Source: Propionibacterium freudenreichii subsp. freudenreichii (GTDB taxonomy: Bacteria > Actinomycetota > Actinomycetes > Propionibacteriales > Propionibacteriaceae). Taken from it: DNA of 32,000 nt. The notes beneath the pieces were generated by a model. That model ran no database searches. It was not told where the DNA came from and was given only the letters and a program-made list of their open reading frames with translations. Within the stretch, counting starts at the first letter, position 1. Each line of letters begins with the position of its first letter. Of this stretch, positions 17,309-25,474 are shown one piece after another. A program made the position numbers and the translations under genes. The stretch lies in assembly GCF_000940845.1 (NCBI RefSeq), contig NZ_CP010341.1:2370001-2402000 (forward strand), written 5' to 3'.

Positions 17309-17339
17309 GGCCGGGTAATGCGTGACTACCTGCCGGGCG

Positions 17340-19406
17340 TCACTTACCGAGCACGCCCTTGGCGACCTCGGCCACGTGCTCGCCGGTGAAGCCGAACTCC
17401 TCCATGAGCAGCGAGCCCTTGGCCGAAGCACCGTAGTGCTCCAGGCTCACCGAGGCGCCCTTGAAGCCGACGTACTTCGACCAGCCGAGAGACAGCCCCG
17501 CCTCGACGCTCACACGGGCGTCGATGCTGGAGGGCAGCACCTCTTCGCGGTACTCCGCGGGCTGGGCATCGAACCACTCCTGGCACGGCATCGACACCAC
17601 GCGGGTGGCAATGCCCTGGGTCTCCAGGATGTCCTGGGCGTCCAGTGCCGGCTCCACCTCGGAACCGGTGGCGATCAGGATCACCTCGGGCTTGCCGTTG
17701 CGGGCCTCGCGCAGCACATAGGCACCCTTGGCGACGCCGTCGGTGGAGGCGAACTCACCCGAAGTGCGATCGACGGTGCGCACATTCTGGCGCGTCAGCA
17801 CGATGCCGGCCGGACGATCGTGGTGCGACAGAATCTCGACCCACGCGGCAGCCGTCTCGTTGGCATCGGCCGGGCGCACGATGTCCAGGCCCGGAATGGC
17901 GCGGTAGCTGGCCAGGTGCTCCACCGGCTGGTGGGTGGGGCCGTCCTCGCCGACGCCGACCGAGTCGTGCGTCCAGACGAACACCGAGGGCGCACCCATG
18001 AGGGCGGCCAGGCGTACCGGGGGACGCATGTAGTCGGCGAACACGAAGAAGGTGCCACCGAAGGCACGAGTGAGGCCCGACAGGTTGATGCCGTTGAGGG
18101 CACCACCCATCGCATGCTCACGGATGCCGAAGTGCAGCACGCGCCCATAGGGATTGCCGGGCCATTCATCGGTGGCGCGGTCGGCGGGCAGGAAGCTCTC
18201 GGCACCCTCGATCGTGGTGTTGTTCGAGCCGGCCAGGTCGGCGGAGCCGCCCCACAGCTCGGGCAGCTGCTCGGCCAACGCCGAGATCACCTTGCCACTG
18301 GCCTTGCGGGTGCTCACCGCACCGGCCTCGAAGCTGGGCACCTGCAGGTCGTCGGGCAGCTTGCGGGCCAGCACGCGGTCGAGCAGTGCGGCCTGCTCGG
18401 CATGCGAACCCTGCCATGCCGCGAAGCGCTCGTCCCAGGCGGCCCGGGCGCCCCTGCCGCGCTCGGCCAGGGCCTTGCGGGTGTCGGCAACGATGTCCTG
18501 GTTGAAGGTGAAGGGCTCGGTGGGGAATCCGATCACCTTCTTCATGGCGTTGATCTCGTCCTCGCCGATGGCGGCGCCGTGCACATGGGCACTGCCGGCC
18601 ATATGGGGCAGCGGCCAGCCGATCACGGTGGTGAGGCGGATCAGGCTCGGCTTGTCGGTGACCTTCTTGGCCGCCTCGATGGCGTCGAACAGGGCCTGCA
18701 CGTTCTCTTCGTAGTGGTCGCCACCGTTGGTCCAGTCGATGTGCTGCACATCCCAGCCGTAGGCGGCGTAGCGGGCCTCGACGTCCTCATCGAAGGCGAT
18801 GCGGGTCTTGCCCTCGATGGTGATGCGGTTGTCGTCATAGAAGACGATGAGGTTGCCGAGCTCCTGCACGCCGGCCAGCGACGCGGCCTCGGACTGCACG
18901 CCTTCCTGCATGCAGCCGTCGCCGGCGATCGAGTAGACGTAGCGGTCGAACACGCTGGCCCCGGTGTTGTCCGGGTCGTACAGGCCGCGCTCTCGACGGG
19001 CGGCCATGGCCATGCCGACGGCCATCGAGATGCCGGCGCCCAGCGGGCCGGTGGTGGCCTCGATGAACTTCGTGTGGCCGTATTCGGGGTGGCCGGGAGT
19101 CCGCGAGCCCGCCTGGCGCAGGTACTTGAGGTCTTCCAGCTCAAGGCCGAGACCGCCCAGGTAGAGCTGGGAGTACTGCAGCACCGAGGCATGCCCGGCC
19201 GACAGCAGGAAGCGGTCGCGACCGATCCAGTGCTCGTCGTCGGGGTCGACGTTCATCACCTTCTGATACAGCAGATAAGCCAGCGGTGCCAGCGAGATCG
19301 CCGTTCCGGGGTGGCCACTGCCGGCTGCCTCCACGGCATCCGCGGCCAGTGTGCGGGCGATGTTGACCGCCTCGCGATCTTCGTCAGTCCACTTCAGGTC
19401 GCTCAT
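17340..19406 (-). CDS. tkt: Transketolase
   Basis: 688 aa with the ThDP motifs GSGHPGTAISLAP and GDGCMQEGV plus a conserved C-terminal domain. ATG 19406 with RBS GGAGGA; the 855-aa track ORF is an upstream run-on. Confidence 0.95.
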   Translation of the reverse strand: MSDLKWTDEDREAVNIARTLAADAVEAAGSGHPGTAISLAPLAYLLYQKVMNVDPDDEHWIGRDRFLLSAGHASVLQYSQLYLGGLGLELEDLKYLRQAGSRTPGHPEYGHTKFIEATTGPLGAGISMAVGMAMAARRERGLYDPDNTGASVFDRYVYSIAGDGCMQEGVQSEAASLAGVQELGNLIVFYDDNRITIEGKTRIAFDEDVEARYAAYGWDVQHIDWTNGGDHYEENVQALFDAIEAAKKVTDKPSLIRLTTVIGWPLPHMAGSAHVHGAAIGEDEINAMKKVIGFPTEPFTFNQDIVADTRKALAERGRGARAAWDERFAAWQGSHAEQAALLDRVLARKLPDDLQVPSFEAGAVSTRKASGKVISALAEQLPELWGGSADLAGSNNTTIEGAESFLPADRATDEWPGNPYGRVLHFGIREHAMGGALNGINLSGLTRAFGGTFFVFADYMRPPVRLAALMGAPSVFVWTHDSVGVGEDGPTHQPVEHLASYRAIPGLDIVRPADANETAAAWVEILSHHDRPAGIVLTRQNVRTVDRTSGEFASTDGVAKGAYVLREARNGKPEVILIATGSEVEPALDAQDILETQGIATRVVSMPCQEWFDAQPAEYREEVLPSSIDARVSVEAGLSLGWSKYVGFKGASVSLEHYGASAKGSLLMEEFGFTGEHVAEVAKGVLGK

Positions 19407-19525
19407 CCTTGTATCCTCCGATTCATTGCTTCCCTTCCATTGTGCCTGTTTATCGGGGCGGGCCAACCATGAAGATGTCAAGGTCGGCGCCCCGGGGGCA
19501 CCCGATTCCGCGCAATGGCCAGCTG

Positions 19526-21310
19526 TCACATGGCCTGCCCGTCGTTCGCCAGCTGCCCATCGCCCGCCAACGGCTCGGCACCAGCCGGCTGCTGGGCGTT
19601 CGCCAGCTGCTCGGCACCGGCCACCAGCTCGGCATTGTCGATGCGCTGGGCCCTCGCCAGGGCGTCGCGACGGATCTCCTTGAGCCGGTGCATCACCGGG
19701 TTCGCACCGCGGCCGAAGTAGTCGTGCAGGTGCGAGTACTCGGCATACAGCAGGTCGTAGTCCCGGGACCGTTCGGGATCGGGCGTGTTCACGTTCTCGG
19801 CCTTCGAGCCCATGGCCGCCGACGCGGTGCGCACATCGGGGTAGGCACCGGCCGCCACGGTGGCGAAGATCGCCGAGCCGAGCGCGCCGGGCTGCGGGGC
19901 GGTGCACAGCGACAACGGCATCTTGGTGACGTCGGCCATGATCTGCATGAACAGCCTGTTCTTCACCAGCCCGCCGGCCATCACGAGTTCGTCGACGGCC
20001 ACGCCGGCGTCGCGGAAGGCCTGGATGATGCGCCGGGCACCGAAGGCGCTTGACTCGAGCAGCGCCCGGTACTGGTCCTCCGGCGTGGTGGCCAAGGTCT
20101 GGCCGAGCATCAGCCCGGTGAGTTGGGCGTCGGCCAGGATCGACCGGTTGCCGTTGTGCCAGTCGAGCCCGATCAGCCCGTGGGCCCCCACCTGCTGCAG
20201 CTCCGCCTTGCGGGTGAGCAGCTCGTGCACCGGAATGCCCAGCTGGTCGGCCTCCTGGTGGTAGCTGGCCGGCACGCAGTTGTCGATGAACCAGGCGAAG
20301 ATGTCGCCCACGGCGGTCTGGCCGGCCTCATAGCCCCAAGAACCGTCGACGATGCCGCCCTCGACGACACCGAAGATGCCGGGGACCAGCACCATCTGCG
20401 GGCCCGAGACCACGTAGCAGGCCGAGGTGCCCACGATGGCGGCCATCTGGCCGTTCTCCACCGCCTTGGCGGCGGGCGCGGTGACATGCGCGTCGATGTT
20501 CCCGGTGGCCACGGCGATGCCCGCGGGCAGGCCCATCCGCTGCGCCACGTCGGCCCGCAGGCCGCCGGCCCGGGCACCGAGCGGCAGCACCGGGGCATTC
20601 ATCTTCTCGGCGTAGACGTCGGCCAGGCCCGGGTTGAGCTCGGCCAGGAACTCGCGGGAAGGGTAGCTGCCGTCCTGGAACATGCGCTTGTAACCGGAAT
20701 CGCCGGCGGCATAGGCCAGCTGGCCGGTGAGGTACCAGGTGAGCCAGTCGACCGCGTCGCAGAACACCTCGGTGGCGGCGTACACCTCGGGTGCCGCCTC
20801 GAGGGTCTCCAGCACCTTCGGCAGCGCCAGCTCCGAGGACAGCATGCCGCCGTAGCGCTCCAGCCATGCCTCACCGCGGGCCTGCGCGAGCTCGACGATG
20901 CGATTGGCCTGCTCATAGGCGCCGTGGTGCTTCCACAGCTTGATCCAGGCGTGCGGGTTGTTGGCGAACTCCGGCAGGTCGCACAGGGGCGTGCCGTCGG
21001 CCTTGCAGGCCAGCACGGTGGCGGAGGTGACGTCCACGCCGATGCCGATCACCAGCGCGGGGTCGATGCCGGCCTCGGCGAGCGCACCCTGCACCGACGC
21101 GTAGAGCGCCTCCAGGTAGTCGTCGGGCGCCTCCAGCGCGAAATCGGGGGGCAGTGTCTGGCCGTCGGCGGCCGACAGGGTGCGACTCATCACACCATGC
21201 GGATATTCATGCACCGCCGTGCCCATCATCTTTCCGTCACTGACGCGCACCACGGCGGCGCGTCCTGACAAGGTGCCGAAATCAAGCCCGATGACAAACT
21301 GGTCAGACAT
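19526..21310 (-). CDS. FGGY-family kinase of the ribulokinase (AraB) subfamily
   Basis: GLDFGTLSGR, EAGQTAVGDIFAWF and LDWHNGNRS correspond to E. coli AraB GLDFGSDSVR, EAGQSAFGDIYAWF and LDWFNGRRT. There is no araA or araD nearby, so I have left the substrate open. Confidence 0.85.
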   Translation of the reverse strand: MSDQFVIGLDFGTLSGRAAVVRVSDGKMMGTAVHEYPHGVMSRTLSAADGQTLPPDFALEAPDDYLEALYASVQGALAEAGIDPALVIGIGVDVTSATVLACKADGTPLCDLPEFANNPHAWIKLWKHHGAYEQANRIVELAQARGEAWLERYGGMLSSELALPKVLETLEAAPEVYAATEVFCDAVDWLTWYLTGQLAYAAGDSGYKRMFQDGSYPSREFLAELNPGLADVYAEKMNAPVLPLGARAGGLRADVAQRMGLPAGIAVATGNIDAHVTAPAAKAVENGQMAAIVGTSACYVVSGPQMVLVPGIFGVVEGGIVDGSWGYEAGQTAVGDIFAWFIDNCVPASYHQEADQLGIPVHELLTRKAELQQVGAHGLIGLDWHNGNRSILADAQLTGLMLGQTLATTPEDQYRALLESSAFGARRIIQAFRDAGVAVDELVMAGGLVKNRLFMQIMADVTKMPLSLCTAPQPGALGSAIFATVAAGAYPDVRTASAAMGSKAENVNTPDPERSRDYDLLYAEYSHLHDYFGRGANPVMHRLKEIRRDALARAQRIDNAELVAGAEQLANAQQPAGAEPLAGDGQLANDGQAM

Positions 21311-21547
21311 GGGGTCCTACTTCCTTGTAAGTCCTACCGTGTAAGAATTGTTGATGGGGAAATGCCCCGGAACGGGAATTGTCCTGCGACGCACCCGATA
21401 TCCACCATGGCGCGCATTCCGGCGTTACCGCGATGGCCTATTCATTGCAATGATTCTACCTGCCGCGCGAAACGGCCACCCCGCCTGCCGACGGGCCGTG
21501 CCGGTGGGTGGACCCGGCACGCCGGATCCACCCACCAACCGTTCAAC

Positions 21548-22924
21548 TCACTCGTTCCAGTACTTCTGGCCGCCCCAGGGACGCTCGGCCCAGAAGCCGC
21601 CCGGTGCGAACAGCTTCTCCACCTCGTCGTGCAGCACGCCGGTCTCGAACAGGAAGTCGAGCAGGGTGTAGCGGCTGCGGATCAGGCGCGCACGGTAGTA
21701 CGTGTCGTGGAAGCGCTGTTCGGTCAGGCCGATCTGCCCGGGATGGTAGACCGCGCCGACCTGCTTGAGGATCGACTCCACGTCCACCGCGGGCATCACC
21801 TGCGAGCGGCAGCGCTGCTGGATCTCGGGCCACTTCTCCTTGACGATCGCCAGCCGGGCGCGCAGGGCGTCGGCGTCGATGTACTTGGCCATCGTCTGCT
21901 TGACCGACGGCTCGAGCATGGCGCCGGTGAACGACTTGCGCACGATGGCTTCCTGCTCGTCGGCGGTCGGCCACTTGGCCACGGCGGCATCGATATCGAG
22001 CGCACTGAAGTCGATGTCGAGGATCTTGTCCCACAGCGCCAGCACCGAGATGGTGCCCAGGCCCACCTTGAGCCCGTGCGTCAGCGGCGGATCGTCGTCG
22101 AAGCCCAGGTGCTCCATCTCCCACACGTGGGAGAACTGGTGGCCGGCGCCCGAGGCGGGACGCGAGCTGATGCGGTACTTCTGCATCGCCAGGCCCGACA
22201 TGATCAGGCCCTCGGCCAGGCCGTCGAAGGCCTCCGGGTTGCCGTCGGCAAGCGCCTGCGGGTTGCTGATCGCACCGCGCAGCGGGCCCTGCACCAGGTC
22301 CCAGGTGCCCTTGTCGATGGGCTCGATGCCCAGTTCGTCGGCCAGGATCCAGTCGGCACCGGCGGGCACCTTCTCGATGAGGTCGCCCAGGCCGGTGGCA
22401 GTGCAACGCTGCGGCGCTGCGGCCATGATGCCCAGGTCGGCGACCAGGCCCTGCGGGGCCCGGCAGCTCATCGTGTGCTTGAAGCCGTTCTCGGTGATGG
22501 ACGCACCGAACGCCGCATAGCCGTCCATCGAGGCGGCGGTGCAGACGTTCATGTAGCGACGTCCGAGCTCATCGCTGGCCCGCTTCACCAGGTCGTTGAG
22601 GGTGCCCGAGCCGATCGAACAGGCGATCGCGTCGGTGGCCTTGAGGTGGTCACGCACCTTCTCGACGTTCTCGTAGCTGGCGTACAGCGTGGGATGGCCC
22701 GGGAAGACGAACGGCTCGTCGAGGGTGATCCCGGCGTCGGTCAGCGACTTGGTGACGGCCTCGCCGGCCACGCCCCAGGTGATTCCGTCGGCCACGACAA
22801 TGGCGTGGGCATTTCCGAACAGCTGCTTGAACACCTTTCCGGTGTCGGGCAACACATTCTGGCCCATCACCACCACATCGGTGTCGTCAGCGTCGGCCAG
22901 GGCCTTCGCAATGAGATCAGACAT
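21548..22924 (-). CDS. sn-Glycerol-1-phosphate dehydrogenase-like (AraM-like) metal-dependent polyol-phosphate dehydrogenase
   Basis: Glycerol-dehydrogenase/DHQS-like fold motifs: SIGSGTLNDLVK (NAD loop), AASMDGYA, and the His pair in GHQFSHVWEMEH ... THGLKVG. ATG 22924 with RBS GGAGAA is preferred, because track position 22936 is a TTG. Confidence 0.75.
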   Translation of the reverse strand: MSDLIAKALADADDTDVVVMGQNVLPDTGKVFKQLFGNAHAIVVADGITWGVAGEAVTKSLTDAGITLDEPFVFPGHPTLYASYENVEKVRDHLKATDAIACSIGSGTLNDLVKRASDELGRRYMNVCTAASMDGYAAFGASITENGFKHTMSCRAPQGLVADLGIMAAAPQRCTATGLGDLIEKVPAGADWILADELGIEPIDKGTWDLVQGPLRGAISNPQALADGNPEAFDGLAEGLIMSGLAMQKYRISSRPASGAGHQFSHVWEMEHLGFDDDPPLTHGLKVGLGTISVLALWDKILDIDFSALDIDAAVAKWPTADEQEAIVRKSFTGAMLEPSVKQTMAKYIDADALRARLAIVKEKWPEIQQRCRSQVMPAVDVESILKQVGAVYHPGQIGLTEQRFHDTYYRARLIRSRYTLLDFLFETGVLHDEVEKLFAPGGFWAERPWGGQKYWNE

Positions 22925-22936
22925 GAAGTTCTCCAA

Positions 22937-24511
22937 TCATTTCTGTGCAGCCTCGTGGTCCACCATGTCGTGGATCATGGACTGAAGCTGGGGGTAGGTG
23001 TCGCAGTACTTGTCCACGTAGAACTGGTATTCGTCGTGCACGGCCTGGTTGGGCTCGATCACGTCGATTTCGTGCACCATGTTCTCCGACGCCTCGGGAA
23101 GGTCCTTGTAGAGGCCCGCGCCGACGGCGGCCAGCATGCAGGTGCCCAGCACCACGGCGTCGCCGACTTCGGTGAGCGTGATCGGCACGCCGGTGACGTC
23201 GGCATGCATCTGCATCCAGTCACGGCTCTTGGTGGCGCCACCACAGGCGACGATGCGCTCCACGTCGAAGCCGCCGGCCTTCATGGCGCGCAGGTTGTGC
23301 GCGGTGCCGTAGCAGACGGCCTCCTGGATGGCGTGGTACATGTGCGCCGGGGTGTGTGCCAGCGACAGGCCCCAGATGATGCCGCGGGCCTTCGAATCCG
23401 AATAGGGCGTGCGGTTGCCCTGGAAGTACTCGTTGATGATCAGGCCGTCAGAGCCGGGACGGATGCCGCGGGCCTTCTCGTTGAGCACGTCGTAGGGGTT
23501 GAGGCCAACCTTCTCGGCGGCCGACACCACGTCGGCGGCGAAGTTGTCCTTGAACCACTTCAGCACCGAGCCGGTGGACACCTGGCCACCCTCGACGGTG
23601 AACTGGCCGGGCATCACGCCGTCGCTGTAGCCACCGAAGAAGCCCTTGCCGTGGATCTCGGTGTCGGTCTGGCCGGTGAGCACATGCGACGATCCGGTGA
23701 TCAGGGCCATCGAGCCGGGCGAGAGCACGCCGAGCCCGATCTGGCCGGCCCAGGCGTCGGCGGGACCCTGTGCCACCGGGATGCCGGGACGCAGGCCCAG
23801 CAGCTGGGCGGGGATCAGGCCGAGCTGGCCAACCGGCTGCCCGAGGTCGAGCACGCGGTCGGAGATCTTCTCGAACACGTCACCGACGCCGATGGTCTCG
23901 TAGAAGTCGGTGGGCCAGCCGCCCTGGGCGCGGTTGTAGTACATGCGCAGTGCGGCCGAGTTGATGTTGGTGGTCCACTCGCCGGTGAGCTTGTAGGTCA
24001 CCCAGTCGGGCGCGTCCACCAGGTGCGCGGCGCGTGCGTAGATGTCGGGCTCGTGTTCCTTGAGCCAGGCGGCCTTGAAGGGGAACCACTCGGCGATGGC
24101 CGGCGAATGGCCGCCGCCGTTGTACAGCTTGGCCACCGAATCGGAGTCGGCGGCACGGGCGGCCTGCTCGGTGGCGCGCACGTCCATCCACATGATGGCC
24201 GGACGCAGTTCCTCGCCCTTCTCGTCCATGGCCACCAGGGTCAGGGTGGTGGCGTCGTAGCTGATGCCGGCGATCGCCGAGGCGGGGATGCCGGCGTTGG
24301 CCAGCACCTTGTGGGTGGACGCCTGCAGCGCCTTCCACCAGTCCTCGGGGTTCTGCTCGGCCCAGCCCGGACGCGGGTGGGTGGTCTCGTAGGCGGTTGA
24401 CGCGATCGCGATGGGGCGTCCGCGCAGGTCACAGATGGCCACACGGCACGATTCGGTGCCGTAGTCGATGCCCATCACGTAGGGCCCGGAGCCGTTGGTA
24501 TTGCCGATCAT
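22937..24511 (-). CDS. FGGY-family pentulose/pentitol-type kinase (D-ribulokinase-like subfamily)
   Basis: GIDYGTESCR, GWAEQNPEDWW, EYFQGNRTPYSD and ACGGATKS. The length and motif pattern fit the FGGY pentulose-kinase group rather than GlpK or XylB. Confidence 0.8.
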   Translation of the reverse strand: MIGNTNGSGPYVMGIDYGTESCRVAICDLRGRPIAIASTAYETTHPRPGWAEQNPEDWWKALQASTHKVLANAGIPASAIAGISYDATTLTLVAMDEKGEELRPAIMWMDVRATEQAARAADSDSVAKLYNGGGHSPAIAEWFPFKAAWLKEHEPDIYARAAHLVDAPDWVTYKLTGEWTTNINSAALRMYYNRAQGGWPTDFYETIGVGDVFEKISDRVLDLGQPVGQLGLIPAQLLGLRPGIPVAQGPADAWAGQIGLGVLSPGSMALITGSSHVLTGQTDTEIHGKGFFGGYSDGVMPGQFTVEGGQVSTGSVLKWFKDNFAADVVSAAEKVGLNPYDVLNEKARGIRPGSDGLIINEYFQGNRTPYSDSKARGIIWGLSLAHTPAHMYHAIQEAVCYGTAHNLRAMKAGGFDVERIVACGGATKSRDWMQMHADVTGVPITLTEVGDAVVLGTCMLAAVGAGLYKDLPEASENMVHEIDVIEPNQAVHDEYQFYVDKYCDTYPQLQSMIHDMVDHEAAQK

Positions 24512-24542
24512 TTCGTTCTCTTCCTTGAGTATGAGACGAGCG

Positions 24543-25415
24543 TTAGTCGTTGTCTTCGGTCCAGCCGAGCTCGCGCCACGCGGACGCGGGGATCAACTGG
24601 TCCACCCGGTCGAGCACATAGGTGGGGTGATGTGCATCGTCCAGGCCCCTGATGTCGTCGGGGGTGGCTTCTCCGGTGAGCACGCAGGCCGAGCCCATGC
24701 CGGTGTCCAGCGCCATCTGGATGTCGGTCTGCAGGCGGTCGCCCACCATGACGCAGCGCGACACCTCCACGTCGAGACCCTGAAGTGCCTCGGCGAGCAT
24801 GATCGGCGAGGGCTTGCCCAGGTTCACCTGGGACTTCATCTGGGTGCAGGCCTCGATGGCCGCCACGACGGCGGCGCAATCGGGCTCGCCGCGTCCGCCC
24901 GGGAAGGGGCAGAAGTGGTCGGGGTTGGTCTGGATGAGGAATGCCCGCTTGTAGAACCACATCGCGTCGAAGGCCACCTGCAACTTGTGGTAGTCGAAGG
25001 TGCGGTCATAGGAGGCGATCACGATGTCGATCTCGGACGGGTCGTCGGTCAGGGTGAACCCCGCCTTGCGCAGGGCGCGCTTGAGCGGCTCCTCCGCGAC
25101 GGGGAACAGCTTGGCGTCGGGATGGTTCTCCTTGAGCCAGCGCGTGGTGGTGACCACGGTGTTGCAGATGTCCTCGATGTCGGTGGGCAGGCCGAGCTTG
25201 GCCAGCTTCTCGACGTATTGCTCGGGGTCCTTGGTCGGGTTGTTCGACAGGAACCGCACCGGAATCCTCCGTCGCCGGAGCTCTTCGATCATGCGCTTGG
25301 CACCGGGCAGCAGTTGATCACCGAGGTAGATCGTGCCGTCCAGGTCGAACACATAGGCCTGTGCGAAATCTGTCGGGACGTTGATGATGTCAGCAGTTGA
25401 GGTGTCAGAACTCAT
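24543..25415 (-). CDS. HAD-IIA sugar-phosphate phosphatase (NagD/AraL-like)
   Basis: HAD motif I FDLDGTIY, motif II LSNN, and motif III/IV ...GKP...VGDRLQTDI. ATG 25415 with RBS AGGAGA. Confidence 0.8.
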   Translation of the reverse strand: MSSDTSTADIINVPTDFAQAYVFDLDGTIYLGDQLLPGAKRMIEELRRRRIPVRFLSNNPTKDPEQYVEKLAKLGLPTDIEDICNTVVTTTRWLKENHPDAKLFPVAEEPLKRALRKAGFTLTDDPSEIDIVIASYDRTFDYHKLQVAFDAMWFYKRAFLIQTNPDHFCPFPGGRGEPDCAAVVAAIEACTQMKSQVNLGKPSPIMLAEALQGLDVEVSRCVMVGDRLQTDIQMALDTGMGSACVLTGEATPDDIRGLDDAHHPTYVLDRVDQLIPASAWRELGWTEDND

Positions 25416-25474
25416 GGGGAAGTCTCCTGTACGACGGATGGATCCGGTTGCGGTCATGTCTGCACGTGCTCAGT

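Noticed and set aside
16996-17325. A 109-aa plus-strand ORF spanning both hairpin elements, with the peptide AVRKIFRTSA encoded twice
   Set aside because: The repeated peptide is simply the translation of the conserved hairpin core. The ORF has no RBS, has shadow-ORF composition, and is built from two long inverted repeats. I interpret it as non-coding.
19526-19640. Quasi-repetitive C-terminal tail of the araB-like kinase (AELVAGAEQLANAQQPAGAEPLAGDGQLANDGQAM), where the DNA shows the duplicated word CGTTCGCCAGCTGC
   Set aside because: The local duplication is real but low in complexity. E. coli AraB also ends in an Ala/Gln-rich tail as I recall, so I saw no basis for a functional claim.
17340-19907. 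Long N-terminal extensions in track ORFs (tkt 855 aa; also 25475-26656, 27100-27798, 12370-13518, 7547-8950, 29257-30207 and 5950-6648)
   Set aside because: The track opens each ORF at the first ATG/GTG/TTG after a stop. Internal ATGs with good RBS sequences, and N-termini that match the respective families, give shorter and more plausible genes. The extensions are Arg/Pro-rich run-ons.
21362-24400. A 1012-aa plus-strand ORF, and similar giants at 17322-19472 (+, 716 aa), 10832-12727 (-, 631 aa), 14321-16156 (-, 611 aa) and 2817-4322 (+, 501 aa)
   Set aside because: These are shadow ORFs antisense to, or frame-shifted against, well-supported genes (FGGY/AraM-like, tkt, the transposase, uvrA2, MFS). 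Their translations are Arg/Gly/Pro/His-rich and low in complexity, with no family motifs. This is the expected artefact of about 69% GC.
19526-25415. The kinase/AraM-like/HAD block interpreted as a canonical L-arabinose (araBAD) operon
   Set aside because: No L-arabinose isomerase or L-ribulose-5-phosphate 4-epimerase is present anywhere in the 32 kb. The neighbours (TIM-like, RpiB-like, Dak, DeoR) point to polyol/tetrulose metabolism instead.
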